DNA from: Bacteroidales bacterium
GTDB taxonomy: Bacteria; Bacteroidota; Bacteroidia; Bacteroidales; UBA932
DNA length: 64,000 bases
NCBI GenBank assembly: GCA_030695025.1
Contig: JAUYTX010000009.1
Span: 28,081 to 92,080, forward strand
Direction: 5' to 3'
Shown: one piece after another, positions 40,128 through 49,891 of the stretch
How positions within the stretch are numbered: the first letter of the stretch is position 1
How the letters are laid out: each line of letters starts with the position of its first letter
Translations under genes and position numbers: made by a program
The notes under the pieces: model-generated
What the model saw: the letters and a program-made list of their open reading frames with translations, nothing else
Databases searched by the model: none
What the model was told of the DNA's origin: nothing

Positions 40128-41630
40128 ATGAAAAAAATAAGAATATACATTTTAGCATTGGTGGCAGGACTTCTTATAATTCCAACATCATGCTCAAAAG
40201 ATTTTCTGGAGACCCGCCCTACAGACCAGCTGGCCGCTGGAGATGTCTTTAACTCATTAACAGGTGCCTGGGGTGCAATTAACGGAGTTCACCGCTCTAT
40301 GTACATTCAGTATAATTCTGTTCAGGCTCATGGTGGTATGGATGGAATGCTTAGATATATTGATTTCATGGGAACTGATGTATTGTTTAATACAACTTCT
40401 AATGGCTGGTATTTAGGCACATACAGATGGACGGATCACAGAAATGAAAGATCTAATCAGGTTCTTTACTGGACCAATCTCTATCGTATGATAAGTAATG
40501 CAAATCAAATTATAAATAATATTGATAAAATTGCTGGTTCGGAATCTGAGAAAAAGCATATAAAGGGTCAGGCATTGGCTTACAGAGCTTGGTCTCATTT
40601 TATGCTTGTTCAGCTATTTGCCGACAGATTTGTTCCTGGAGCTGCAAACTCTCAGAAAGGTGTTCCATATATGGAAACTATCACTTTTGAAGGCCAGGAA
40701 AGAATTTCGGTTGCAGAAGTTTATAATAAAATAAACACTGATATAGCATCTGCAATTACAAATCTTGAGGGTTATACAAGAGCAAATAAATCGCATATTA
40801 ACAAGTCGGTTGCTCAGGCAATACAGGCGCAAATTGCATTGGTTCAAGGTAACTGGAATTTAGCCGCTACTGCTGCAAATGCAGCAAGACAAGGCTTCAG
40901 TTTCATGACTACGGCTCAACATCAGGATGGTTACAGCCTTATTAGTAATCCTGAATTTATGTGGGCATCTTTTGTGCAGGAAGATCAAACTCAGTATTTT
41001 TACTCTTTCTATGCGTATATGTCTCATAACTTCAACTCAACAGCAATCAGACAAAGTCCGAAATCCATTCTAAAAGACCTTTATGATAAGATTTCTCCTA
41101 CAGATGTAAGAAGGACGTTTTGGTATCCTACAGCAGTTGCTTCAGCTCAACCATCAGTTCCTCCTAGTGGTCTGAGGTTTAACTACATGAGCTCAAAATT
41201 TAAAGCTGTATCTGTTTCGGATTCAAGGGGAGATTTTCCTTGGATTAGAGTTGCTGAGATGTATCTTATAGAGGCTGAAGCTTTGGCCAGACAGACTGGA
41301 AAAGTCGAGCAAGCTAAAGATGTTCTATTTCTTCTTGCAAAAAACAGGGATCCTCAGTATGTAAGATCTGCTAATAGTGGACAGGCGTTAATTGAGGAGA
41401 TTTTAATTCAGAGAAGAGTTGAACTATGGGGTGAAGGTAGAAACTTCACAGACCTTAAGAGGCTTGGCCTTCCATTGGTTAGACCAGAGGCTGCCAGCGG
41501 AGGTCAAGGTGGTCACGTTGCTTCTTTTGCAATTAAACTTACTGAGCCGGCTGGAACTAACAACTGGACATGGATGATTCCAAGAGGTGAAATTGACACT
41601 AATCCTAACCTGGAACAAAATCCTGCGTAA
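40128..41630 (+). CDS. SusD/RagB family lipoprotein
   Basis: Lipoprotein signal (PTSC-SKDFL), RAWSHFMLVQLF, IRVAEMYLIEAEA and RRVELWGEG. Confidence 0.95.
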   Translation: MKKIRIYILALVAGLLIIPTSCSKDFLETRPTDQLAAGDVFNSLTGAWGAINGVHRSMYIQYNSVQAHGGMDGMLRYIDFMGTDVLFNTTSNGWYLGTYRWTDHRNERSNQVLYWTNLYRMISNANQIINNIDKIAGSESEKKHIKGQALAYRAWSHFMLVQLFADRFVPGAANSQKGVPYMETITFEGQERISVAEVYNKINTDIASAITNLEGYTRANKSHINKSVAQAIQAQIALVQGNWNLAATAANAARQGFSFMTTAQHQDGYSLISNPEFMWASFVQEDQTQYFYSFYAYMSHNFNSTAIRQSPKSILKDLYDKISPTDVRRTFWYPTAVASAQPSVPPSGLRFNYMSSKFKAVSVSDSRGDFPWIRVAEMYLIEAEALARQTGKVEQAKDVLFLLAKNRDPQYVRSANSGQALIEEILIQRRVELWGEGRNFTDLKRLGLPLVRPEAASGGQGGHVASFAIKLTEPAGTNNWTWMIPRGEIDTNPNLEQNPA

Positions 41631-41652
41631 TTCTGGATTTGCGATTATAATT

Positions 41653-41678
41653 AAGGGTGCTTTCGAGCACCCTTTTTT
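41653..41678 (+). terminator. intrinsic terminator after susD
   Basis: AAGGGTGCT-TTCG-AGCACCCTT followed by a T-tract. Confidence 0.85.
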
Positions 41679-41686
41679 TATGAAAT

Positions 41687-41717
41687 AAAAAAGGAGCTAT
41701 TTTGTAGCTCCTTTTTT
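41687..41717. terminator. second, bidirectional terminator (slyD side)
   Basis: A-tract-GGAGCTA-loop-TAGCTCC-T-tract. Confidence 0.8.
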
Positions 41718-41735
41718 AAAGATTTTAAAATTTGT

Positions 41736-42266
41736 TTAGCAACCGCCTGAACATCCTGAGCATGAGTCGCTGCTGCAAGATGATGCTTTTTCGCCGTGAA
41801 GCCCGTTGATAAGCTCTTCTGGTGTAGATTCACGAACCTCAACAACTGCTCCTTTAAAATGAAGCTCAGACCCTGCAAGTGGATGGTTAAAATTCATTAC
41901 CACTACACTATCCTTAATTTCGTCAATTGTTCCCTGAAGTCTGTTACCGTCTGAATCCTGCATAGGCAGAACGTTACCTACTGTTAACAGGCCATCTTCA
42001 ATTTTTCCGTCAACCTTGAACATGTCAATTGGAAGCTCAACAATTGCATCGCTGCTAACTTCTCCATAACCCTCTTTTGCCGAAAGTGTAAAGTCAAATG
42101 TGTCTCCAACAACTTTATTCAGGACATTCTCCTCAAACTTTGGAAGAAGGTAACCGGTACCGAATATAAATTTTAATGGGTTTTCTGCATTTACGGTTTC
42201 GATTGTATCTCCCTCTACTGTAAGGACGTATGAAAGAGAGACAACTTTGTTTTTTTCAATTTTCAT
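41736..42266 (-). CDS. slyD: FKBP-type peptidyl-prolyl isomerase, SlyD-like
   Basis: KNKVVSLSY, PLKFIFG, NFNHPLAG and a Cys-rich tail SCSSDSCSGCSGGC. Confidence 0.9.
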   Translation of the reverse strand: MKIEKNKVVSLSYVLTVEGDTIETVNAENPLKFIFGTGYLLPKFEENVLNKVVGDTFDFTLSAKEGYGEVSSDAIVELPIDMFKVDGKIEDGLLTVGNVLPMQDSDGNRLQGTIDEIKDSVVVMNFNHPLAGSELHFKGAVVEVRESTPEELINGLHGEKASSCSSDSCSGCSGGC

Positions 42267-42302
42267 TTTGGTAATATTTTAAAGTGTGATTATATGCAAA
42301 AA

Positions 42303-43733
42303 TTATGCTACTTTTTTTCTTCTTATTTTATAGCCTATTGCAGCAACACCTATTGTGATAACCGGTGTAATCAGGTTAAAAAAGCAGTAGGGTAGGTAGG
42401 CAAGGGTTGCTACATTCAAAACACTTGACTGTACCACACCACAAGTATTCCATGGTACAAGCACTGATGTGACTGTCGCTGAATCCTGAAGTGTCCGGCT
42501 CAGAACCTCGGGTTCATATCCGAGTTTGTCATAGGTTTCGCTGAACATTTTTCCCGGAAGCAGGATTGCCATATATTGGTCAGAAAGGGTCATGTTAAAA
42601 AATATTGTTGTTCCTACTGTTGAACTGATTAGACTTACAGTATTTTTCATCATAAACATCATCTTTTCTGTAATCGTTTTTATCATGCCACTAGCCTCCA
42701 TTATGCCTCCGAATGTAACAACACATAATATTATCCAAACTGTGTTGAGCATTCCTGCCATTCCTCTGGTTGAGGTAAGGGTATTCAGCATCTGGTCGCC
42801 TGTTTCTATCGACACACTCCCAGAGAGCATTTTTAGAGAGGCATAGATATAAGAAGCTCCTTTTGAAACATTTGCCGGACTTATCTGACTGCAGATTTCT
42901 GGTTGAGCAATGCAGGCCACAACCGCTCCTGTAAGGGCAGAGATGAATAGTGTGATAAATGGTGATATCTTCTTAACAATCATTATAATTGTAAGAACAG
43001 GTACCAAAAGCAAAAATGGAGAGATGTTAAAAGTTGATGAAATATTATGGAGTTGATTCTCTATGTCAAGTGAGTTGCCTGCAGGAATTACAAACCCTGC
43101 AATAGTAAAGAATATAACCGTGAGTATAAATCCGGGAATTGTAGTTATTAGCATATACTTCACGTGTTTATACAGGTCAACTCCGGCTACAGAGGCAGAG
43201 AGGTTTGTTGTATCTGACAAAGGTGATATTTTATCACCGAAATATGCTCCGGAAATTATTGCTCCTGCCAACCATGGTGCTGAAAAACCAAGAATCTGAC
43301 CCGCTGAAAGCATTGCCACTCCAATTGTGCCTATGGTTGTCCAGGAACTTCCAGCCATGACAGATACTATTCCGGCAAGAATAAATGAGACAACAAGAAA
43401 AACAGAGGGGTGGATCATCTTTAGACCGTAATAAATCATTGTTGGCACCACTCCGCTGATCATCCAGGAACCTGTAAGTGCACCAATCATAAGTAGAATG
43501 AAAACGGCCGAACCAGTTTTGGTAAGGTGATCCATAATTCCTGCTTCTAGCTTTTCCCATGGAATTTTCAGGTGATATATTGCAATAATTGCTGTTAAAA
43601 CGCTTGTGAACAATAGCGCAATCTGAGATGGGCCTGCTGTTACATCTTCGCCAAACAGCCTAACGCCTGTGAAAATAATTGCAATTAAAATTATTACTGG
43701 GATCAGGGAGATTATGATTCCGGGTTTTTTCAT
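42303..43733 (-). CDS. nhaC: NhaC family Na+/H+ antiporter or Na+-coupled amino-acid transporter
   Basis: GSSWTTIGTIG, GAYFGDKISPLSDTTN and LVPWNTCG motifs; the ATG at 43733 is preferred. Confidence 0.88.
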   Translation of the reverse strand: MKKPGIIISLIPVIILIAIIFTGVRLFGEDVTAGPSQIALLFTSVLTAIIAIYHLKIPWEKLEAGIMDHLTKTGSAVFILLMIGALTGSWMISGVVPTMIYYGLKMIHPSVFLVVSFILAGIVSVMAGSSWTTIGTIGVAMLSAGQILGFSAPWLAGAIISGAYFGDKISPLSDTTNLSASVAGVDLYKHVKYMLITTIPGFILTVIFFTIAGFVIPAGNSLDIENQLHNISSTFNISPFLLLVPVLTIIMIVKKISPFITLFISALTGAVVACIAQPEICSQISPANVSKGASYIYASLKMLSGSVSIETGDQMLNTLTSTRGMAGMLNTVWIILCVVTFGGIMEASGMIKTITEKMMFMMKNTVSLISSTVGTTIFFNMTLSDQYMAILLPGKMFSETYDKLGYEPEVLSRTLQDSATVTSVLVPWNTCGVVQSSVLNVATLAYLPYCFFNLITPVITIGVAAIGYKIRRKKVA

Positions 43734-43747
43734 TTCGTACAAGTTTA

Positions 43748-45091
43748 TCAGATACCACTAAAGTTTACAGATTCAAATGCAAGTGTAGGGATGAGCCATC
43801 TGCCTGACATTCTGGGATCGGTGCCAATTTCAGCAATGCCATTCCACAGCTTAATAATATTCCCTGTTATGTTCATCTCCTTTATCGGATAAAGAATGAT
43901 TCCGTTTTCGAAATAGAAACCCTGTACGCCAAATGAAAAATCACCGGTAGAGCTGTTGCTGTTTCCTCCGTTGAATCCTGTTACCAATATCCCTTTTTCG
44001 CATTTTGTAAGAATATGTTCAAGACTAATGTGACTTTCTACTGTTTTACCGGGATAATTGAAAACACAAGAAGGTACCGAAGGTCCTTCAATTGTTACAG
44101 GTAGTTTCAATTTAAGAGAGTTGTAGGTATTTATGTAATAATTGGTTACGATTCCCTTTTCAATAATATTCATCTCTTTGGTTGCAATCCCCTCACTATC
44201 AAAGAACCTGGAGCCGTACGCACCTCTAAGGTGTGGATTATCTGTTAATGTAAAGCCCTCAGAAAACACCTTTTCCCCAATCTTTCCTTTGAGGAATGAG
44301 TTGTTTTGCTGAATAGATGTGCCGTTAAGAGCAGATATAATTGGTGAAATTAATCTGCTGGACACAGTGTTTTCGACAACCAGATTATATTTCCCACTTT
44401 TTAATTTTCTCGGATTTAGCCTTGAGGCTGCCCTTTCAAAAGCTTTTGTGCCAACACCCTCTTTTAACAGTTTGTCAATGAAAATTGAGCTCTCATACCA
44501 CCATCCCTCAGGTTTTGAATCACCGGTTCCTTTAACAGAACACTCTGCGCTTAAGGTAAATGTTGTTTGACTACCTTCTCCTTCAAATCCCTGAGAGTCT
44601 ATAATATATGTATAATCATCACTATCACCGTATTCACAGTTAACAGAGATAATCATTGGGTCTTTTTTGTAAATTTCTGCTGCACAATTAAATGCAATAT
44701 CGCATTTTTTATCGGGATCAATTGATGGAAAAGAGCTGTCATACTGCTCTAAGCCTTCTCCTTTGCCTTTAAAATATAATGATTTATCAGGAAGCACTCT
44801 GCAATTGTCGGGGGTAAGATACTTTGTGGCATCAACCGCGTTTGAAATGAAATTGTCAAGCTCATGCCTCTCCATTCTGTTTGTTGAGTATGCTCCATAT
44901 TTACCTTCAGTAAATATTTGTACATAAAGAGAGCTTCCATTTGCCTGTTGAAGTCTGTCTAATTTATCATTTCTAACAGAATACGAGCTTTGAATATTGT
45001 TATTCAGTGTTAATCTGGCAGCGGTACAACCGTTTTTTAAACAACTGTCCAAAGCATATCCGGCAATATTTTTAATCTTGTTTTTAATCAT
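43748..45091 (-). CDS. pmbA: TldE/PmbA family protein
   Basis: FDSEGIAT, TGFNGGNSNSSTGDFSFG, PIKEMNITGN and IPTLAF motifs. The ATG at 45091 is preferred; the ORF track extends to a TTG at 45118. Confidence 0.9.
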   Translation of the reverse strand: MIKNKIKNIAGYALDSCLKNGCTAARLTLNNNIQSSYSVRNDKLDRLQQANGSSLYVQIFTEGKYGAYSTNRMERHELDNFISNAVDATKYLTPDNCRVLPDKSLYFKGKGEGLEQYDSSFPSIDPDKKCDIAFNCAAEIYKKDPMIISVNCEYGDSDDYTYIIDSQGFEGEGSQTTFTLSAECSVKGTGDSKPEGWWYESSIFIDKLLKEGVGTKAFERAASRLNPRKLKSGKYNLVVENTVSSRLISPIISALNGTSIQQNNSFLKGKIGEKVFSEGFTLTDNPHLRGAYGSRFFDSEGIATKEMNIIEKGIVTNYYINTYNSLKLKLPVTIEGPSVPSCVFNYPGKTVESHISLEHILTKCEKGILVTGFNGGNSNSSTGDFSFGVQGFYFENGIILYPIKEMNITGNIIKLWNGIAEIGTDPRMSGRWLIPTLAFESVNFSGI

Positions 45092-45101
45092 AGTCTCTTG
45101 A

Positions 45102-46541
45102 TTAGTCAATTCCGCCAACAGTTAATTTCTTTACAAGTACAGATGGCATTCCGCAAGAGACTGCACAATATTGCTCTTTACCACAGGTCCATGTTGAGTT
45201 ATCAACCCTGCTGTTATTGGCAACTGCAACAATATCTGCAAGTGCTTCAGGACCGTTCCCGATTATATTTATATCCTTTACAGGAGTTGTCAGTTTACCG
45301 TTTTCTATCAAATAGCCTGATTTAACAAAAAATGTAAAATCCCCGGCACCAATCTGAACCTGACCGTTTGAAAAATTATCTGCGAAAATACCACGCTTAA
45401 CTGAGGCGATTATATCACTCTCTGTTGAATTGCCATTTTCCATGTAGGTGGCCCGCATCCTTGGTAAAGGCATATATCGGAACGATTCGCGCCTTCCGTT
45501 TCCTGTTGGGGGTGTTTTGTAATATGAAGCACTTATTCTATCATGCAGGTAAGATGTAAGTACTCCCTGAGTAACCATATATGTTTTTTGAGATGGGATT
45601 CCCTCATCATCAAAATTTATTGAACCTCTATTGAAAGGTATTGTGCCATCGTCAACAACGGAGATATCCTTTGAACAGATTGTTTTACCCAATTTATCTG
45701 CAAAGATTGATGTTCCCTGTCGGTTAAAATCAGCCTCAAATGCATGACCAATAGCTTCATGAAGAAGTATTCCGGAACTGCCTGATCCCATAACTACAGG
45801 CATCTCTCCACCTTTTGGCTGAACAGCTTCAAACAGAAAAGAGGTCCTTTTAACGACATCCTGAGCTATTTCTTTAACAAGTTCCTTTGTCAGAAATTCA
45901 AATCCGGCTCTGAAACTTCTGGATGAACTGCCATTCTCAACTCTGCCGTTTTTCTCCATTATACATGTTGCAACAAGAGAAAACATTGGTCTTACATCTG
46001 ATGCAAGGGTCCCCTCAGAGTTATAGTACAGTATTGAAGAGTTAGAATCTGATATTCTTGCCATGACTTTATTAACTCTGCTGTCGGCTTCAAAAATAAG
46101 ATCATTCAACTCCTTGAGATAGGGGATTTTTTGAGAAATTGCAGTTGTTTCCCAGTTCTCCTTAACCCGGTAAAGGGATAGATATCCCGGATTTTCCTGT
46201 AAGTTATACAAGCCGGGGTTTATAAAAGATTTGTTTGCATTACTGTGAGATGCAATTTTTGAAGCAACTTTGGCAGCTTTAATCATCTCCTCCATTGTTG
46301 TTACCTCAGTATAGGCATAACCTGTCTGATCGCCATACAAAACCCTGACTCCCATTCCATAATCGATATGAGTGCCTGTTGAGTTAACTTCAGAATCTCT
46401 TAAAGATAGTTCGTTGGCTGTACTGTACTCAAAATAGAGGTCAGCAAAATCACCCCCTTCGGAAAGTGCTGTTTTGATAAGAAATTGGAGGTCCTCTGTG
46501 GAAACTCCGAACAGGGCCATCATTTTACCGGTCTCAGTCAT
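45102..46541 (-). CDS. tldD: TldD family metalloprotease
   Basis: GDFADLYFE, GMGVRV, HEAIGH (HExxxH), GNGRRES, RMRATY and the C-terminal CGK Cys ligand. Confidence 0.93.
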   Translation of the reverse strand: MTETGKMMALFGVSTEDLQFLIKTALSEGGDFADLYFEYSTANELSLRDSEVNSTGTHIDYGMGVRVLYGDQTGYAYTEVTTMEEMIKAAKVASKIASHSNANKSFINPGLYNLQENPGYLSLYRVKENWETTAISQKIPYLKELNDLIFEADSRVNKVMARISDSNSSILYYNSEGTLASDVRPMFSLVATCIMEKNGRVENGSSSRSFRAGFEFLTKELVKEIAQDVVKRTSFLFEAVQPKGGEMPVVMGSGSSGILLHEAIGHAFEADFNRQGTSIFADKLGKTICSKDISVVDDGTIPFNRGSINFDDEGIPSQKTYMVTQGVLTSYLHDRISASYYKTPPTGNGRRESFRYMPLPRMRATYMENGNSTESDIIASVKRGIFADNFSNGQVQIGAGDFTFFVKSGYLIENGKLTTPVKDINIIGNGPEALADIVAVANNSRVDNSTWTCGKEQYCAVSCGMPSVLVKKLTVGGID

Positions 46542-46604
46542 CCTTATATTTTACACAAAGTAATTGAAAAATGGCTAATTTAGCAAAATTATAACCAATT
46601 GATT

Positions 46605-47504
46605 ATGGATCAGCCAAAACTGGAGAGACTTCTGAGAATAATGCAACTGATGACAGATAAGAGCAGAAAGTACACCATTGGAGAACTTTCTGAAATTCTT
46701 GATATTTCACCCAGAAGTGTTTACAGATATATTGACACATTTCAATCTGTAGGTTTTATAGTTAACAAAGATGATAATAAGGTGTGGTTTGCTAAGGAGT
46801 CAAAGCACTTCAAAACAATTGCTGACCTTGCGTATTTCACTGAAGAGGAGGCATATATCCTCAAGAGAGCTATTGAATCAATTGATGGAACAAACCCGGC
46901 CATAGCAGGGATAAAGAGTAAGCTATATTCAATTTACGATTTTAAAAGAGTGGCTGAAGTTGTTGTTCATAAGGGTCAAAGCAGGGTTGTAAATGTCATT
47001 CTCGATTCAATTGCCGGCGAAAATCAGGTTATTCTTAAAAATTACCGATCCGCACACAGTTCTGCAATTTCTGACCGCCTTGTTGAGCCGATTGGTTTTG
47101 GAATAAACATGGTTGATGTTCTTTGTTACGAAGTAGCTAGTGATTCATGCAAATTTTACAAAGTTTCAAGAATTGAAGAGGCAATTGCAACCGGGAACAG
47201 TTATCGCTATAAGGATAGACATAAAAGTATAAAAACTGACTTGTTCAGGTTCTCAGGTACAGACCATCTCCCTATAAAACTGAAGATGTCAATGCTGGCT
47301 GCCAATCTTTTAATGGAGGAGTTTCCCCTCTCTGAGAAGAGAGTGAAGAGGATCTCCGATAATGAATATATTTTTGAAGATTTTGTATGCAGTTTTGAAG
47401 GGGTAGGGAGGTTCGTTCTTGGTTTGTGCAACGAGGTTGAGGTGCTGGAATCTAAAGACTTTTTGATGTTTTTGAATAAAAAAAGAGAGAACAGTAAATT
47501 CTGA
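46605..47504 (+). CDS. HTH-WYL domain transcriptional regulator (PafB/C-like)
   Basis: N-terminal winged HTH (ELSEILDISPRSVYRYIDTF), WYL-domain core Y..S...RLVEP...YKVSRI, and a C-terminal WCX-like region; ATG at 46605. Confidence 0.88.
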   Translation: MDQPKLERLLRIMQLMTDKSRKYTIGELSEILDISPRSVYRYIDTFQSVGFIVNKDDNKVWFAKESKHFKTIADLAYFTEEEAYILKRAIESIDGTNPAIAGIKSKLYSIYDFKRVAEVVVHKGQSRVVNVILDSIAGENQVILKNYRSAHSSAISDRLVEPIGFGINMVDVLCYEVASDSCKFYKVSRIEEAIATGNSYRYKDRHKSIKTDLFRFSGTDHLPIKLKMSMLAANLLMEEFPLSEKRVKRISDNEYIFEDFVCSFEGVGRFVLGLCNEVEVLESKDFLMFLNKKRENSKF

Positions 47505-47513
47505 TCTCTCTTT
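47478..47513. terminator. hairpin between the convergent WYL gene and tRNA-Gly
   Basis: AAAGAGAGA / TCTCTCTTT outer stem with an inner CAG / CTG stem; the A-tract gives a U-tract on the minus strand. Confidence 0.6.
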
Positions 47514-47514
47514 G

Positions 47515-47587
47515 AGCGGTAAATGAGGTTCGAACTCACGACCCTCAGCTTGGGAAGCTGATGCTCTACCGACTGAGCTATTACCGC
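47515..47587 (-). tRNA. tRNA-Gly (anticodon CCC)
   Basis: Minus strand GCGGTAATAGCTCAGTCGGTAGAGCATCAGCTTCCCAAGCTGAGGGTCGTGAGTTCGAACCTCATTTACCGCT folds into a cloverleaf; anticodon loop TTCCCAA; no encoded CCA. Confidence 0.96.
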
Positions 47588-47594
47588 GTTAAAA

Positions 47595-49160
47595 CTATTT
47601 TCTTCTTACTAGAAGAATTGCACTTTGTTCATCTCCTTCTCCCACTGCCCGAGCTCTCCAAATATATCTGCCATCCCTTTTCTGAGTAATTTCAGCCGAT
47701 TTTAGCCACCTGTTTACATCATTCGGGAAAACCTCTGCCGATGGACCAACAACCCACGTATAGAGGTCGTATTCCCCTTTTTCAAGGTATGGAATAACAA
47801 CTCTGAGTCTTGAGTTTTCTCTTTGAGAAATAAGGTATGAATCCCCAAAAAATAATCTCTTAAATCCTGCATCACTTCTAACCCATCCTTTTGTTCTCTT
47901 TAGATCGGACATATTGACAAATACTCTGGTTTTCCCATCAAGATCCAAAAGATCGCTTACTGCATAAAGTACAGAGTACCCAAGCACTTTCAGGTTTTCA
48001 GAGGATACCCAGGTTCCGGATCTGTCCTCGTTATAGTACGTGTAGGGCGTTTCAAAGGTTATTGCTAATGTTGATTCTTTGAAGCGATCCCATATCCATC
48101 CCTCTACATACCTGGGGGCAACGGCAGAAAAGCTCTGATCTTTAGGGCGATAGTAGGGAGTGTAATTTATTGTTAATGATGACAACATCAGCTGCTCCTT
48201 AAGAAAGCGATCTGTTGTTGACTCTGCAGTATGAATCCAGTATGTAACAGAGCTGGCTATTTGTGAGTGCATATTCAGAAGCAGGTCCAGAGGTCTTTCA
48301 TTCGTAACCCTTTCCAGAGTTGCTTTAAGTGCCTTAACCTCGGGCATTGTCAAAGAGTCGGGACTGTCCCAGTTTACTTCAATGTTAACACCGGTGGAGG
48401 TAGATCTTGAATAACCTCCGTAAACCCCGTCAGGATTTATGTAGGGAATGATGTAAAAGACAGCATTCTTTCTCAACTCTTTTGCAAAAGGAGAGTCAGA
48501 TGTTATCTCATCAATCATTGCCTCAAAGTGCCAGCTTGAAGGAGATTCGCTTGGATGCGAACGACCATGAATCCAGATAAGCCTTTTGCCAGAGTTATCA
48601 TACGAGTTGTCTGTAACTGTCAGCATCTCAATCCGGCGACCTTGTGAACTCTCTCCGATAACTTCATATTTTACATTATCGAGCGACTTCCAGTAGTCCA
48701 TCTTTTGCATATTCCTTGTATAGGTATATGGCAGAAAATGCGAAATATAAACAGTATCAGAGGTAAAGATTTTATTTATGGTTCCACGAAACGGTGTTTC
48801 TACCTCTTCGAACCTATTATAGTTGATTCCGTCGTATGAGTAGAAAGGGCGGATAACTTCTGAATTTTTAATGTTCAAAAAAAATTGTTTATCCTTAACT
48901 CCTTCCATTTTAAAGTGATACCATCTGGCGCTGGGCCTTAATGCGGTGTCCACAGGATTTAGAGGATCAAACCTGGAATGTATTTCATAGGTGAGGCTAA
49001 GAATGGAATCATTTGAACCTCTCTTAATCCACACAGAGTCTATAAGTATGTATTTTCCAATGCTTCCGGTGTCGAAATCTGCTGATATTCTGACCTGTGA
49101 AAACAAAAAACTACTGCCGGTCAAAGCCAGCAGTAGTGTTAAAATTATTCTTTTAAACAT
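47595..49160 (-). CDS. secreted M14 family zinc carboxypeptidase with an extra C-terminal beta-rich domain
   Basis: Signal peptide from the ATG at 49160; WYHF, IHGRSHPSE (HxxE), INPDGV and NMHSQ M14 motifs. Confidence 0.82.
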   Translation of the reverse strand: MFKRIILTLLLALTGSSFLFSQVRISADFDTGSIGKYILIDSVWIKRGSNDSILSLTYEIHSRFDPLNPVDTALRPSARWYHFKMEGVKDKQFFLNIKNSEVIRPFYSYDGINYNRFEEVETPFRGTINKIFTSDTVYISHFLPYTYTRNMQKMDYWKSLDNVKYEVIGESSQGRRIEMLTVTDNSYDNSGKRLIWIHGRSHPSESPSSWHFEAMIDEITSDSPFAKELRKNAVFYIIPYINPDGVYGGYSRSTSTGVNIEVNWDSPDSLTMPEVKALKATLERVTNERPLDLLLNMHSQIASSVTYWIHTAESTTDRFLKEQLMLSSLTINYTPYYRPKDQSFSAVAPRYVEGWIWDRFKESTLAITFETPYTYYNEDRSGTWVSSENLKVLGYSVLYAVSDLLDLDGKTRVFVNMSDLKRTKGWVRSDAGFKRLFFGDSYLISQRENSRLRVVIPYLEKGEYDLYTWVVGPSAEVFPNDVNRWLKSAEITQKRDGRYIWRARAVGEGDEQSAILLVRRK

Positions 49161-49173
49161 AACGAATGAAAGA

Positions 49174-49329
49174 TTACAGTTCACTGGCTCTCACTTTTAC
49201 CACTTTTCCTTTAGTGGAGATGGCCAATTCTGAATTGCTTCTCTTTTTTTCCTGAATAAGGCGATGTAGGGCAATATTCAAACCATTGAGAATACTTTCT
49301 CGTAGTTCTCTAGTCTCTAATTCGCTCAT
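49174..49329 (-). CDS. 51-aa hypothetical protein, putative partner or antitoxin of the upstream ATPase (not in the ORF track)
   Basis: Manual translation MSELETRELRESILNGLNIALHRLIQEKKRSNSELAISTKGKVVKVRASEL*; its ATG overlaps the last 20 nt of the zeta-like gene. Confidence 0.75.
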   Translation of the reverse strand: MSELETRELRESILNGLNIALHRLIQEKKRSNSELAISTKGKVVKVRASEL

Positions 49330-49891
49330 AGTTAGCAATTTTGTTGTAGGTGGTTTTGTTATAAATTTTTGTTTCTAAGATACTACCTCCCTCAGCAATA
49401 AGCTCTTGAGGGATCGAGGAGTTATTTATTATCATCCAATATTCACATAGTGGAATATACAGCGAAAATAAGTTTTTTATTCCAAAGTCGTATCTTCTAC
49501 GGATAGTTTTTTCTTCAATATTGTGCCCCCCCGAGGCCACTCTCATCTTAACTCTCTCTATTGCAAGTGTTGGGAGGCTTAACCAAAAAAAGACCAATGT
49601 CACTTTATATCCGTTGGCCTGCGCATACCTGATCACCTTTGCATGTGTGCGTGTTGCCAATGTAGTTTCTAGTGCAAAATCTGTGCCGTTGGCAATCAGG
49701 TTCTTAATACGCTCAACCATAATCCTCCCAGCCTGGATGGCAACGCTCTCAGGTTTAAAGGGTGAGATTCCTCTTGCGATCTCATCTGCGTTGACAAACT
49801 CCTTACAAGATAGCATCTCGGGTAAGATAGTGTATGAAGCGGTTGTTTTTCCCGCTCCGTTGCACCCGGATATTATATAAAGATTTGCCAT
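49310..49891 (-). CDS. zeta-toxin-like P-loop kinase/ATPase (short form)
   Basis: SGCNGAGKTT Walker A, FVNADEIA, FALETTLA and RVASGGHNI motifs; its own TAACTTTG -7 element at 49913-49920. Confidence 0.85.
   Translation of the reverse strand: MANLYIISGCNGAGKTTASYTILPEMLSCKEFVNADEIARGISPFKPESVAIQAGRIMVERIKNLIANGTDFALETTLATRTHAKVIRYAQANGYKVTLVFFWLSLPTLAIERVKMRVASGGHNIEEKTIRRRYDFGIKNLFSLYIPLCEYWMIINNSSIPQELIAEGGSILETKIYNKTTYNKIANYERIRD

Noticed and set aside
47505-47587. tRNA-Gly as the attachment site of an integrated element
   Set aside because: I found no duplicated tRNA 3' end and no integrase or recombinase in the window. Only the WYL gene lies 3' of the tRNA before housekeeping-type genes resume.
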